Positions 31,131-46,254 of a stretch of 64,000 nucleotides of DNA are shown here, in pieces; the stretch's first letter is position 1, and each line of letters starts with the position of its first letter. The notes below the pieces were generated by a model that saw only the letters and a program-made list of their open reading frames with translations, searched no databases and had not been told where the DNA came from. The stretch is taken from NCBI RefSeq assembly GCF_009914755.1, contig NC_060931.1, one strand, 5' to 3'. Origin of the DNA: the human T2T-CHM13v2.0 reference genome, Homo sapiens. The position numbers and the translations under genes were made by a program.

Positions 31131-31148
31131 GTTGAAAATGTAAGAGGG

Positions 31149-31275
31149 GCAGGGCAGGGTGGCTCACACCTGTAATCCCTGCACTTTGGGAGGCCAAGGC
31201 AGGAGGATCACTTGTGCCCAGGAGTTTGAGACCAGCATGGGCAACACAATGAGACCCCATCTGCAATAATAATAA
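31149..31275 (+). mobile_element. FLAM / Alu left monomer
   Basis: GGTGGCTCACACCTGTAATCCC..GAGACCCCATCT followed by (AAT)n. Confidence 0.85.
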
Positions 31276-31798
31276 TGATGAGGAGGAAGAAAATGTAGGT
31301 GATAAGGTTCTCATATTGGGCCTTTTGACTTCTGTTACGAAAGCTGTTCATTATTATACATGGCTATTGTATATGTCTAATTGAGATTACAGATAAGCGC
31401 TCTAAGGTTAGAACAGCAAGAGAGGGAAAAATAGATTTTATCTTGATGTTTAAGATTTTAGTATACTCATATGAGAACTGGGAGAAACTTTGAAAGTATT
31501 TTTTACATATTAGGTAATTTCATTGGTATAGAATGATTCTTATCTTGTTTACATATTATTGAATGACTTAGATAATTTAGATGATAAAATCTGATAGATT
31601 TTTAAGTGTGTTTACCTTTTTCCTGTTAGTCTTATTACTTAAAATCAAATAGTACTTAAAATAGTACCTTGTGTCAACATGTGATTGATTCATGGTTCAG
31701 AGTACAAGTGTTATGATTTGACAACTAGAATAGAAGGTGAATTTATTTCAACTCTTTTCAAAACTAATTTTAAAATTTCACATTTAAAAATGAATATA

Positions 31799-31925
31799 GG
31801 CTAGGCACGGTGGCTCATGCCTGTAATCCTAGCACTTTGGGAGGCTGAGGCAGGACCATCACTTGAGACCAGGAGTTTGAGACCAGCCTGGGAAACATAC
31901 CCCATCTCTACAAAAGAAAAAAAAT
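31799..31925 (+). mobile_element. FLAM / Alu left monomer followed by an AT-rich low-complexity tract
   Basis: GGCTAGGCACGGTGGCTCATGCC..CCCCATCTCTACAAAAG. Confidence 0.85.
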
Positions 31926-32367
31926 ATATAAATATTTATATATTTTTATTACATAAAATATATGTGCATAGTTATATATTATTATGTTAAAAATATGTAA
32001 ATATATATATATTCTTTTCTTCTTTGTCTCTACAAAAGAAAAAGACAGCATCTCGTCAATACCCCATGTCTAAGAAAAAAATAGACACTTTTTATATCAT
32101 ATATATTAAAATATATTTTATATATCTTTTAATATATATTTTGATGTAAAAAATGCTCTATGTTTATTATCGAATATTTGTAAAATATGGACCCACAGAA
32201 ACAAAATTTAAATTACCCTTGATATCACTACCTAAAGATTACTAGTCACCCTTTAAATACTGTTTATTATCATTCCAGATCTTTTACTGTAGATGTATGT
32301 ATTTTTCAATTTACTGTTGTCCTGTTTGCTGTTCTGTATTTGCTTTTTCCTCCTTAACATATAGTAA

Positions 32368-33019
<652 letters not shown>

Positions 33020-33102
33020 AAAATTTATTATGGATACATTATATTCCATGTAATGACTTTATGTCATTTTGTTTAATTGGTCCCGTGTTATTAGACATTT
33101 AG

Positions 33103-33476
<374 letters not shown>

Positions 33477-35221
33477 GGAAAAAAATTTTGAACTCATTGG
33501 TGATAAATTCCTAGATGTTGAGTTGCTGGATTAAAGGTATCAGTTTATTTTCCTTCTATCTGTGTAGACTACTCTGAGTTCATTTTGGCATTATCCTTGG
33601 TAATTTGGAAGAAAACATATTTAAATCAGAGACAGGTCCGTAGAGATGTCTAGAGGATGCTTATATAATTCAAAAGTGATAATGCTCCCAATAACTTTTT
33701 TGTTTCTTCCTTCTCTATCCCTTTACTTTAGCTTTTAAGTGAATTTTGATTTTATTAATCACATATAGTTGAAAAATAGAATATATTTATTGTATTTGGT
33801 GTACAGATAATGGTGGTTATGAAAATGGATTTGAGGTCTTGTTACAATAATTCTGTAGGCTCCTGCAACCCAGAATTTGTGAACCACTAGTTTGGAGGCA
33901 TGCAACTCCCAGGAGACCGGATACTATTATGCCCTTCCTTTTCTCCCTTTTCTCCCTATCTTAAACTGAGATTTAAGGACACTGGCCCTGTTTGGGAACC
34001 TTACTGGCCACTGAAAGTTCTGTGTTTTTCAGTCTGGGACTCTTAGAACTTCAGAAAAATAAAAACACTCAAGATGGAAGAAATGTACTCAGGATGAGAA
34101 TTTGAGTCTACAGAGCTGATTCCTAGAATTAGATATTTGTGACTTTTGGCAAGTTATGATTCTTTTCTGAGCGTCAGTTTCTTGTGTAGAAATACTTTTT
34201 ATCTTGATCAAATGTTGAGAGGTTTATGTACAATTTTTTGGGCACATGGGTAAATGGTTCTATTATTTGCGTTAACTTTTAGGTAAATATTTAAATAGAT
34301 TTTTAATAAATGATTTTTGGCCTGATACAAAGACTTTGTGATGTTTTACGTGTAGATAAGATACATTTCAGCCACTTGTGGCAATGAGTTTGCTGTATTT
34401 CAGTCATTCAAAAATCGTTTTTGGAAATATGAAAGATTTTCTAGACTTTAATTTTAGAGATACAGCTATTTATAGACATTTTAATATGTATAAAATGTTT
34501 CAAAGAATGTACAGTTGAGAATTTAGAGATCCCTAATTACTGTTTGTTTATAATACCATTTGTCAGAAATCTCTGATAAGAGACAATAGAAAATTTATAA
34601 AATTTCTAGGTCTTTATAGGTTCAATCTTAGGATAGTTGATCCGGGTATCTTCTCTGCTACCGGATTTCCCAGGGCTTGTTTTGTGAATGGCTGGTTCTG
34701 TAGATTGTTGCTTATTAAGGGGTGGTCAGATAAAGCTCTGAGAAGTCCAGCAGTATTAAAATCTATTAATATGGGGGACTTTTGAAGAAAATATTTTTTA
34801 ACATCTTTGCACATTGGGAAGATGTTTCAGTTAGAAAATTTTTTTGTTGTTGTTTAATGAGAACTTCAGGACTTGGTTACGAATATTTCTAAAAATCTGT
34901 GAAGTCAAAGTAACATTCTGTAGAATACTGTGTATGTATATTTATGCTGTAGATAAACAAAGATATTGTTTGTTTAATGGGTTTTGCTTATGATGAAATT
35001 TTACTGATTAAGATTAATCCGTGTTTAAAAAAGTATACAAAGAGAAAGGAAATATCATAGTCATTATCTAGGAATAATTTAAGTAGTCTAATATAAATCT
35101 GTCCCTAAAAAAGTTGTTGAATGGCAGCTAACTAGATTGAAGTACCCTAACATAACTTATATTTTGAATTGGTTGTTAATAATAATTGGAAAACTAGGCT
35201 ATGTTTAGTCCTAAGACTATA

Positions 35222-38220
35222 GGGTTTCCTCTCAACACATTTTAGCTGTATCCCACAAATTGTGGTATGTTACATGTTCATTATCATTTATGCAAAAATG
35301 TTTTTCAGATTTTATTTTGGCTTATTCTTTGACCTGTAGGTTTTTTTTTTTTTTTAACAAATGTATTGCTTACTTTTTGAACGTTTGGGGATTTGCTAGT
35401 TATCTTTCTGTTACTAATTTCTTAATTTCACTATGATTAGAGAACACACTCTGAATAGTTTCAGACCTTTATTGATACTTATTTTATGGCTCAGCATTTT
35501 TATAAATGTTTATGTACCCTTGAAAAGACTATGCATTCTGCTGTTAACTACTGTCTTCTATGTACTTTGTTAAGTTCAAGTTTGTAAATTGTGTTATTGT
35601 GTTGTACAAATCTTCTCTATCCTTACTGAATTTTTTTTTTTTTGCCTTTTTTTCTATTCATTACAGAGAGAGGTGTCTTGAGGTTAAGTGTCAAATGTGT
35701 CTTACTGTGATTGTGGATTTGTATATTTCTCCTTTTAGTTCTATAAAGAACTAAACTGTATGCTTTATGTATTTTGAAGTCATATTACTAGGCACATACA
35801 AACTTATCTTTCTAGTACATTGGCTCTTTATCATTATAACATGTCCCTTTTTATCTCTAGTAACACTTGTCTCTCGCCTCAAAGTCTTCTTAGCTACACC
35901 TGCTTTATTTTGGCTGCTGTTTGCTTGCATGGTAAAACTTTCTCTCTCCTTTTTGCTTTTAATGCTCCTGTAGCTTTATATTTGGGGTCTGTTTCTTGTT
36001 AAGAATAAACAGATTTTTGTTTGCCTGTTTTTAATTAAATCTGAAATATATTTAGCTCATTAATGGTAAATATAATTATTGATAAATTTGGGTTTATGTC
36101 TGTCATTTTATTGTTTTCTGTTTGTCCTACTTGTTCTATATTCTATTTTCTCTCCATTGTTGCCTTCTTTTGGATTAATCAAGTGTTTTAAAAATATTAT
36201 TTTATTCCTCCCTTTGTTAGCTTGTTAGTTATATATTCTGTTACTGTTCTTTTGGTGGTTACGCTAGATCACCACAAGCTTTCTTGTGGTACATTAGAGT
36301 TGCATATTCATTAGGATTTTGAAAAACAACATCTCAGACATTGTTAGGACCCTAGAAAACTTTAATAGCATTTATCACTCTCCTGCTTTTATGTTGTCAT
36401 TGTCATGCATTTCACGTCTACATTTAAATCCAGAGACTGTTGTTTTGTACAGTTAATATTTACCCTTTCCATTGTTCTTTATTTCCTTTTGTATTTACAT
36501 GCTTCCATCTGAGATTAATTTTCCTCTGTCTGAAGAACTCCTTTTAGGGAGTTTGGTGGTACTGAATTCTCAGTTTTTGCTTGTTTGAAATTTATTTATT
36601 TTCATCTTTGAAGAATATATTAAATGACTGTACAGTTCTACATTATTAGCTGTTATTTTCTTGAAGCACTTTAAAGATCTCAGTTCATTGTCTTCTAGCT
36701 TCCATTGTTTCTGTTGCAAAATCAGCCGTCAGACTTACTGTTGCTTCTTGGAAGGTAGTATGACTTTCTTGTTCAGCTGCCTTTCTTTTTGTCATTCTCT
36801 TTTTCTTTAAGTTTAAACAGCTTTCAGTGATGCACCTAAGAATGGTTTTGTTTGTACCCTGTTTGGCGTTTCTGGCACCTCTTGAATTTGTAGTATGACT
36901 GATCAGCTGTGAAAAAATTTTGACTTTTTAAAAATATTGTTTCTGCCCCATTTTTGTCTCCTTTGCTCTGTGACTCCAATTAAATCTTTATTATACTTTT
37001 TATCCCCCATATGTCTCCTGCTCTCTTCTGTTATTTTTATGATTTTTTTCCTCCTCTTATCCGTTCTGGATAGTTTTTACTTGACTGTATTTCAGTTCAC
37101 TTATTCTGAATTTAACTATGTCCAATCTGCTTTTTAACCCCATCTATTCTTAATTTTAGTTATAGTATTTTTTAGTTTTAGAATTATTTCATCCTCTCTT
37201 TTTAAGATAGATTCTAATTATGTGAAAATCTCTTGTCATGTATTTTTTGAGCATATTAATCAAATTGCTTTAAAGTCTGTGTCTGAAAACTTCAATATCT
37301 GTATCACCTATAGGCCTATTTCCATCATCTCTTTCCTTTTGATTTTGCATCTTGTTAGGCCAAATAATAATAATAGTTAATATATTTGTATATTAATGTA
37401 TGTTAATTATATATTCTATTGTATATTATATAAATTATTACATGTGGATAATAACATAATAGTAATAATTATTATTAGGCAATTTTTTGATGGAGTGCCA
37501 GACATTATATGCAGAATTTTAGATACAAATTTTGTATCTATAATGATACATTTCCCCAGATAGGATTCACATGTCTTCAGATTCACCCATCTTCTTGCAG
37601 GCAGATAGAGATCACTGCAACTGTCAAGGACTGAGCTGACTTGAGGTTGGGTTTTCAGCCTTATAAACCTTGTTCTACCTGTAGTTTGCTTCCAACTTGG
37701 TAGCCCCCTAGAGATCTCAATTAAGAGATTGGGTATTTTTAGGGCTTCTCTGGCTTTTTTTCTTTCCAGACCCATGAGAGTTTTAAAAGCTCCTTCTTCC
37801 TTTTTAATTGCTTTCTGCTGGCTTTTTAGCCTTTTGCTATGTGCAGTTTAAAAGCTGATAAATCCCTTAAGAGGAAAATCAGTACTGAGTGTCACATTTG
37901 TTCTTCTGTGCCTTCTTTCACTAGGGGATCTTGACTCCTCAAGACTTAGCTACCAAGTTTTGTCCCCCTACTCCCATGAAATTGCCAAAAGCTTTGCTGA
38001 CTTCTCTGCCTCCTAGTGGCTGTCCTTTTTTGGCTTCTTAGCCCCTTGGCCTGTGCCATTAAAGAAATAGGTGACATGTCTTGAAAGGGAAAGCTGCACA
38101 GAATGTCAGATACCCTTCAGTGAGTTTCTTGCCACCTCAAGTCTTAGCTACCTCAGAAAGTCTGATATTTTAAGAACTTTCTCCCTATTTAATACAGTTT
38201 TTCTAGTTTAAGAGGGAGTG
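35222..38220 (-). mobile_element. Old L1M fragments (ORF2 5' part / 5' region), antisense
   Basis: TTTAGCTGTATCCCACAAATT, ATGCATTCTGCTGTT and ACTGTGATTGTGGATTTG are reversed L1 endonuclease-region motifs; the sequence is highly diverged. Confidence 0.7.
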
Positions 38221-38448
38221 TTGATCTGCTACAGACTATTCCGTCATATTCAAAAGCAGAAATCTTTCTGTGTTTAGTTCTTTTGGAATAGAGTGTTATA
38301 TCTTGTAGGCCTGTGAGTTTCTCATGGTTATATTAATGTAAAAACGTAAGACTTGATCCCCAGAGTTCTTTGGTCTCTTGCTAAGTGTTTTCCTTCATTA
38401 ACTGCTTATTCTTGCTATCTGATGGGAAAGAATTGTGGAACTTAAATA

Positions 38449-38881
38449 CAGTTGACCCTTGAACAACATGGATTTGAATTTGCAGATCTACTTACACGTG
38501 ATTTTCTTCTGCTTCTGCCACCTTGAGACAGAAAGGTCGATCCCTTCTCTTTCTCCTTCTCAGCCTACTCAACGTGAAGATGACAACAATGAAGACCTTT
38601 GTGATGATCCACTTCCATTTAATGAATAGTAAATATTTTTTCTCTTCCTTATAGTTTTCTTAATAACATTTTCCTTTCTCTAGCTTATTGTAAGAATATA
38701 GTATGTCATACACGTAACACATGAAATATGTGTTAATTGTCTATTCATGTTATTGATAAGGCTTCTAGTCAACAGTAAGCTATTAGCAGTTAAGTTTTAT
38801 GGGAGTCAAAAGTCATACATGGCTTTTTCAACTGCATGGGAGTTGGCGCCCCTAGGCCCCACATTGTTCAAGGGTCAACTG
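38449..38881 (+). mobile_element. Tigger2a-type DNA transposon
   Basis: TIRs CAGTTGACCCTTGAACAA / TTGTTCAAGGGTCAACTG with TA at the left flank; about 430 bp. Confidence 0.9.
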
Positions 38882-39067
38882 ACTGTAACATGATTTGTTA
38901 GCAGTTGTTTTATTCTTGTTCTTAGCCAAAAAACTGAGAAGTTATTGTTAAGCAGTTGTTTTAAATGCTTATTAAGAGTTAAAATGAGATTTTATTTTTG
39001 GTTTCATTGGTGATTTGCACATTTCTTTTGAGACTTACTTGTTTATAAGGTTAAGAAATTGAGAGTT

Positions 39068-39364
<297 letters not shown>

Positions 39365-39912
39365 TTAATCTTTCTATAAGTATAGTATTTCCCTTCATAT
39401 AATAGGATTTTTAAATTATTTACCTTTTTGTTAGGACTTTTATGGAATCTTATATTTATGTGAAGATGTAGGTTTAGAAGGAAGATAATTGGGTTTGGTG
39501 TAAACTTTGGTTTTGTAAATGTTAGTATTTAATACTTTAAAAATATTCCTACTTTTTTTTTTAGTGTGACTAATATTTATTATGGCCAGTATCACCTATG
39601 TATTTTTTGTTAAAGAAGTTGTCTTATATACATAGAAATGGTATAATAAGCTACTTTAAACAACCCTGGATATGTTTCTTTTCCCTTCCTGTCACTGTCC
39701 TCTTTCTTCCCTTTTCCCTTTTGATTAAGAAGTTCCATCAGAAAAGTCATAAAATCTAACTCCTGTTTATTCTCGAGCTATCAGCTAAAATGTCACTTTC
39801 TCAGGAAATCCTGCCTGACCCCCCTTTCCCCTTTGTTCTGGCACCCATTCCCCTGGCCTTTAAATGCTTTCATAGCAGTGTGTACCTATCTATCATTTTT
39901 TACAGTTTGTAA

Positions 39913-40239
<327 letters not shown>

Positions 40240-40809
40240 TAAAATGTATAATTACTTGATTAATAGCTATCTTCCCAACTAGACCAAAAACTCCATAGAA
40301 TGTATGGAATTTTCCTCCATCATCCTTGTAGTCCAAGCATAATATTTATTAAATGAGTAAATGAGTGAATTAACTAGCCATTTTGATTAATTTTCTCTTT
40401 TTAGTGCAGTTTTGGTTTAGGACTGTAAGGAGTCATACTGGCCATATTCAGAATGTCACATTAGTGTTTTAAGTCCATTCTGTATTTTTTTCAATGAGTT
40501 TCAGCAAAATCTGAGAGTGTCTTAAGTGAAATTGGTTATATCTAGGGTGGAGGTATTATATTTGGAAAGACTTGTAACAGTAGAAAGCTTTTTATTTAAA
40601 TCTTTGAGTTTTAAAATATTTTTATTATGAAGTTATTTATGATTTTATAGGTAATATTTTTAATGAGACCTTGAAAAATTTATAGAGTGCAGTTTATTAC
40701 AGAATCTGAGTTGCCTAATAGTTTTTAATAGTTTTTGAGTATCAGTATTTTGATTAATTTTAAGTTAGGGATCATTTCCTCTAATTCTTTGAACATAATT
40801 ATTTGTTGG

Positions 40810-41800
40810 TTGATTTTTTTTTTTAATGTAACAGTGTTTTTGAGATGTAATTTATGTACCATACGGTTCTTCTACTTTAGGGTATTAGATTCATGGATTT
40901 TTTGTACATTCACAGATGTGACCGTCATTGCAGTCAATTTTAGAACATTTTCATAATCTCAAAAGGAAAACTGTAGCCTTTGGCTATTATCCACTTATTC
41001 TTCCATCCCTGAGCAACCACTAAACTACTTTTGGTGTGTATAGATTTGCCTATTTAAGACATTTTCTATAAATGGAATCATATAATTTATGGCCTTTTGT
41101 GATTGGCTTCCATTTAGGATGTTGTTTTCAAAGTTTATATTGTATCATGTATCAGTACTACATCCTTCTTATTGCTGGTAAGTATTCTGTTGTATCGATA
41201 TACCACATTATGTTTAGCCGTTTATTAGTACAGTGGTCCCCAACCTTTTTGGCACCAAGGACTGACTTTGTGCAAGGCAGTTTTTCCATGGATGGGGTGT
41301 GATGGGGGAGGATGGTTTCAGAATGAAATTGTTCCATTTCAGATCATCAGGCATTAGATTCTTATAAGGAACAAAACCAAAACAGCAACAACAACAGTGA
41401 TTCTCATAAGGAGCACCCAACCTAGATCCCTTGCATGTGCAGTTCATAGTAGGTTGGTGCTCCTATGAGAGTCTAATGCCTATGCTGATCTGACAGGAGG
41501 CAGAGCTCAGGCAGTAATGCTTGCTAACCCACCGCCACTCACCTCCTGCTGTGCATCTCAGTTCCTTACAGGAACCAGTACTGGTCTGTGGCCTGGGGGT
41601 TTGGGATCCCTGCATTAGTTGATAGACATTTGGATTATATCCACTTATTGGCTATTATGAATAATGCTGCTATAATAAACATTCATACAAGTTTTTTGTG
41701 GACATGGTTTCATTTCTTGGGTATATGTCCAGCAGTGGAATTTCTGGGTCATTTGCTAACTATGATTTCGTTATTGGAGAAACTGCCAGATTTTTTGTTG
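40810..41800 (-). mobile_element. L1M (L1MB-like) 3' fragment interrupted by MER1
   Basis: AATGGAATCATATAAT..; GGCTATTATGAATAATGCTGCTATA.. are reversed L1 3' motifs. Confidence 0.75.
41231..41612 (+). mobile_element. MER1B-type hAT-Charlie MITE
   Basis: CAGTGGTCCCCAACCTTTTTGGCACC...GGGGGTTTGGGATCCCTG; approximate 8-bp TSD TATTAGTA / CATTAGTT. Confidence 0.88.
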
Positions 41801-44453
41801 ATTTTTTTTTTTTTCTGTTATTATGTAGTGTCAAGAAACCGTTTAATGCATATGAATTGAAGCCCTGTAAGGAAAGTGATCATTTGGGATTAGATCGCAA
41901 ATTGCTTGACTTCAAATGTATTACTTTGAGAATTTTCTGTGACAGTTTAGCTAGTCCTTTATCTTCCTTATTTTTCTTGAGAATACATGAATTAGCTCCC
42001 TGCCTTCATATTTGAAGATACATACCTATCAGTGTACAGACATGTACACACATAGGTACACATATAATACTTTGCTAAGCAGTTTGTGCTGGGGACAATA
42101 GTTGAAACTCGGTGTTTTTTCCTAAAATTTATATCGTTTGTTTATATATGAAATATCAAATGGGAGATATTTTTGGAAGCAGTGAAACTTGTTTATGAAT
42201 TCTTTCCTTACACAAAAGAAGACAGGTTTTTTAAAAACAAATTAATCTTTTTCTCTTTGTTTCTTTCAGCATTGATGACTGGGAAGTGAGAGACATAGAT
42301 TTTTGAAAAGCTGAAAATAACTTCTAGTTTAACAAAATAGTTTCTTCCAGAGCTTAGAATTTCAGATGATTGGAAAATTCATACATCTAGGTCTGAAAGT
42401 TTAAGTCTTTCGCATCTATGGAGATCTCTATTTTCTACAACCTAAAATGCTATGATGGGTGACAGGTTAAAGACAAACCTTTTTAAAAAATGTATATTTT
42501 TATTGCTATATAGTGGTATTATGGCTTTTGAAATTCCTATTTTTACCATAAACAGATTATTAGGTGCTTACTGATTCCAGATAATAGCCTAATCTATTAG
42601 AAGGTAGAAGAGAGAATCTCTGGTGATACACTGTCCATACATGGTTCAATAGGAGGTAGCAAAGGCTAAGTATGAGTAAGTGACAAAAGCAGTAAATGCT
42701 GCAGAACTGAAATTCAGAGAATTGCGCTTCCACTGTTGGGTAAGGCTTAAGGGGAGACTTTGAAAGAGGAAGATGAGCTATGCCTTCCTTTGGGTACTGA
42801 TTTAATTTCTTTTGCCATTTTTTTGCATTTCTTGAATGTAGGAATTTATCCTTACCCATGTGCATATTCATCAGCTCCAATTTAGGAGATTGACTAGTGT
42901 AGCACGTCATAACCAGAAAGATACTTGGAGGTAGACTTTTCCCTAAAGTTTATACAAGACACTTAATGGGCTGGGTCCTTGATCATGTACTTCTTTCTTA
43001 GACTTTGTGTATATGAAGTGGTGTTCTTATCCTTATTTCTTTCCACATTCACCCTTTTTAATGCTTTTAGTAAGTCTTTTCAGTTTTTGTTAAGATTTAT
43101 TTTATAGTTACACTATTGTATTTATTGAAGGTAGCTTGGCTGATACTGTTCCAAAGTCACTTGCCACTTTCCTCTCTGCATAATTAACATTTATTCTCCT
43201 CATTATTTGTCAATGAATTCCCTTCTGTTTATTTATAGTTTCTTTATGATTCTGCATATCAGAAGATAACAAGCACTTATCACAAATGCATTTAGGGGAT
43301 GTACTACTCTGTAAAAAATTTAAATATATTGAAAATAGAACTCTTTGAATTTTATTTTACTCTTTTGAGGAAATGAAGATATCTTGATTTTTTTTATGGT
43401 ATTCTAACCTGCTTTTCCGGGGCATACAGGGCAGCACTTATTTTTATATAAATCTGAGAATGTGTGAATTGCAAATTAATCTTCTGGCAGATATCTAATG
43501 CTGTTGATAGAGATGTGTTGCCCTAAGATTTATTGGATTTAATGAGACAGTCTTTTGATATATCCTTGAATTATGATGGGATATTGGGTTGCCACATGTA
43601 AGTTTTAGAATATTTTTTAATGATATAGAGAAAATGCTTCAGATACAATGGCATGTAAAAGAGAAAACAGCAAAAAAACCCTGATTTTAAAACGGTTTGA
43701 TTCAATTTATATTTTAAAAACACAGACACATGATTTGTATGCCTGTGTATATAGAAAAGATTGCAAGGATATTTACCAAAATATTAAGTGATTATCTCTG
43801 GGTTGTAGTAATTGGGGTGATTTTTATTTTTTAAGTGCCTTTTCTTTGGGTATTGCCTGAAATGTTAAATATTATCTCATTTTAGCAAATAATAAATACT
43901 ACTTTTAACTAAGAAAAAATAGAGAATTGTTGTGTTTGTGTGAATTGCTTTGATTATAAACACAAATTATATAGGATCCTATGTCCCATGTTAGTGAGTT
44001 TCTTTTTGTTTTTTTAAAGTGAGGAGCTATCAAAGGATTTTTTAATAGAAAAGTGATGTGAATAAAGTTAAGTCTATGGTTTAAAATTAAAAATTTTAAG
44101 TACTCTTATGACCCAGCAATTTCAGTTTTTAGTAGCTAATTTTGAGTATCATCAAATTCAGGCATGCTTATCCCTGGGATTACACGTAGACCTTCCACTG
44201 GGTATGCGGGCAAAAATAGTTTTAAAATACTCAGTTTCCTAAGCCTTACTGTTCTTGTGTATTCTTTCCTAAAATTGATCTGCCTAAGAACTTGCCTGTG
44301 GCTTATGCCCTTGCTCCTCAAAAGTGTGGTCTATTCACCAGCAGTATTGTTATTGCTGGTTGTTTGTTAAATGCAAAAAACGTGGTTCTCAATTCTTTTA
44401 AACAAAATAAAAGGAGGACCTAATCAATTTGTCAGTTGATGGATCATAAATAA

Positions 44454-44760
<307 letters not shown>

Positions 44761-44846
44761 TAAATATTTTTAATGATAGCTCGTTATGCGATTTTTGGCA
44801 TGTAATTTGGAAGGTGGTAAAAAAAATTAGTAGTACAGGAACAGTC

Positions 44847-45085
44847 CAGGTTGAGTATCCCTTACTTGAAATGCTTAAGACTGGAAGTGTTTTGGATTTT
44901 GGAATTTTTACGATTTTGGAATATTTGCATTATGTTAATATATACTTAGCAGTTGAGCATCCCTAATCTGAAATTTGAAGTCTGAAATGCTCCCATGAGC
45001 ATTTCCTTGCAGTGTCATGTCAGAACTCAAAAAGTTTTCAGATTTTGGAACATTTCTGATTTTGGGTTTTCAGATTCTCAAACTG
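44847..45085 (+). mobile_element. Tigger4a/MER46-type DNA transposon
   Basis: CAGGTTGAGTATCCCTTA..GAAATGCTT..CTCAAACTG termini. Confidence 0.8.
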
Positions 45086-45134
45086 TAGTAACAGAAATTC
45101 CTTCAGCTCCCTTGTATTTATTTATGTGAGCAAG

Positions 45135-45379
<245 letters not shown>

Positions 45380-45869
45380 GTACAGAGTTGATGTTGAATC
45401 CCATTTTATTCTAGCAGTGATATTTATTCATATATACATGAGACAATTGTTTTGAAAGTACACGTGTCTTTGAGAATCGTATCTAATACCTTTACTGTAT
45501 ATTTAATCATCATCTGTCAAAGTTTTTAATATATTGTTTTGGTCAATAATATACTTATGAAATTGATAATAACATCCAGAAGAAATTTTAAAAATCACTC
45601 GGAATCTCATGATCAAAAACCAAAAAAGTTTAATCTTAATTCACGTGGCATTTTCTCAGAGAAGTCATAGGAGTGAAAAATGAAAGACCTTCCAGCCTAT
45701 AAGTAAAATTACATTTACATTTTGTAAAATTCTTTGGGGGAAGTTTAAGGAGAAACCAAGATAATATAAACTTTTGACTGTATAAGAAGAGGCTGTTCAC
45801 TTAAAAAATAGATGATGGTATTTTTCTTCTATTGATACTTTTAAAAGAACACATATAACAACTTTATTA

Positions 45870-46254
<385 letters not shown>

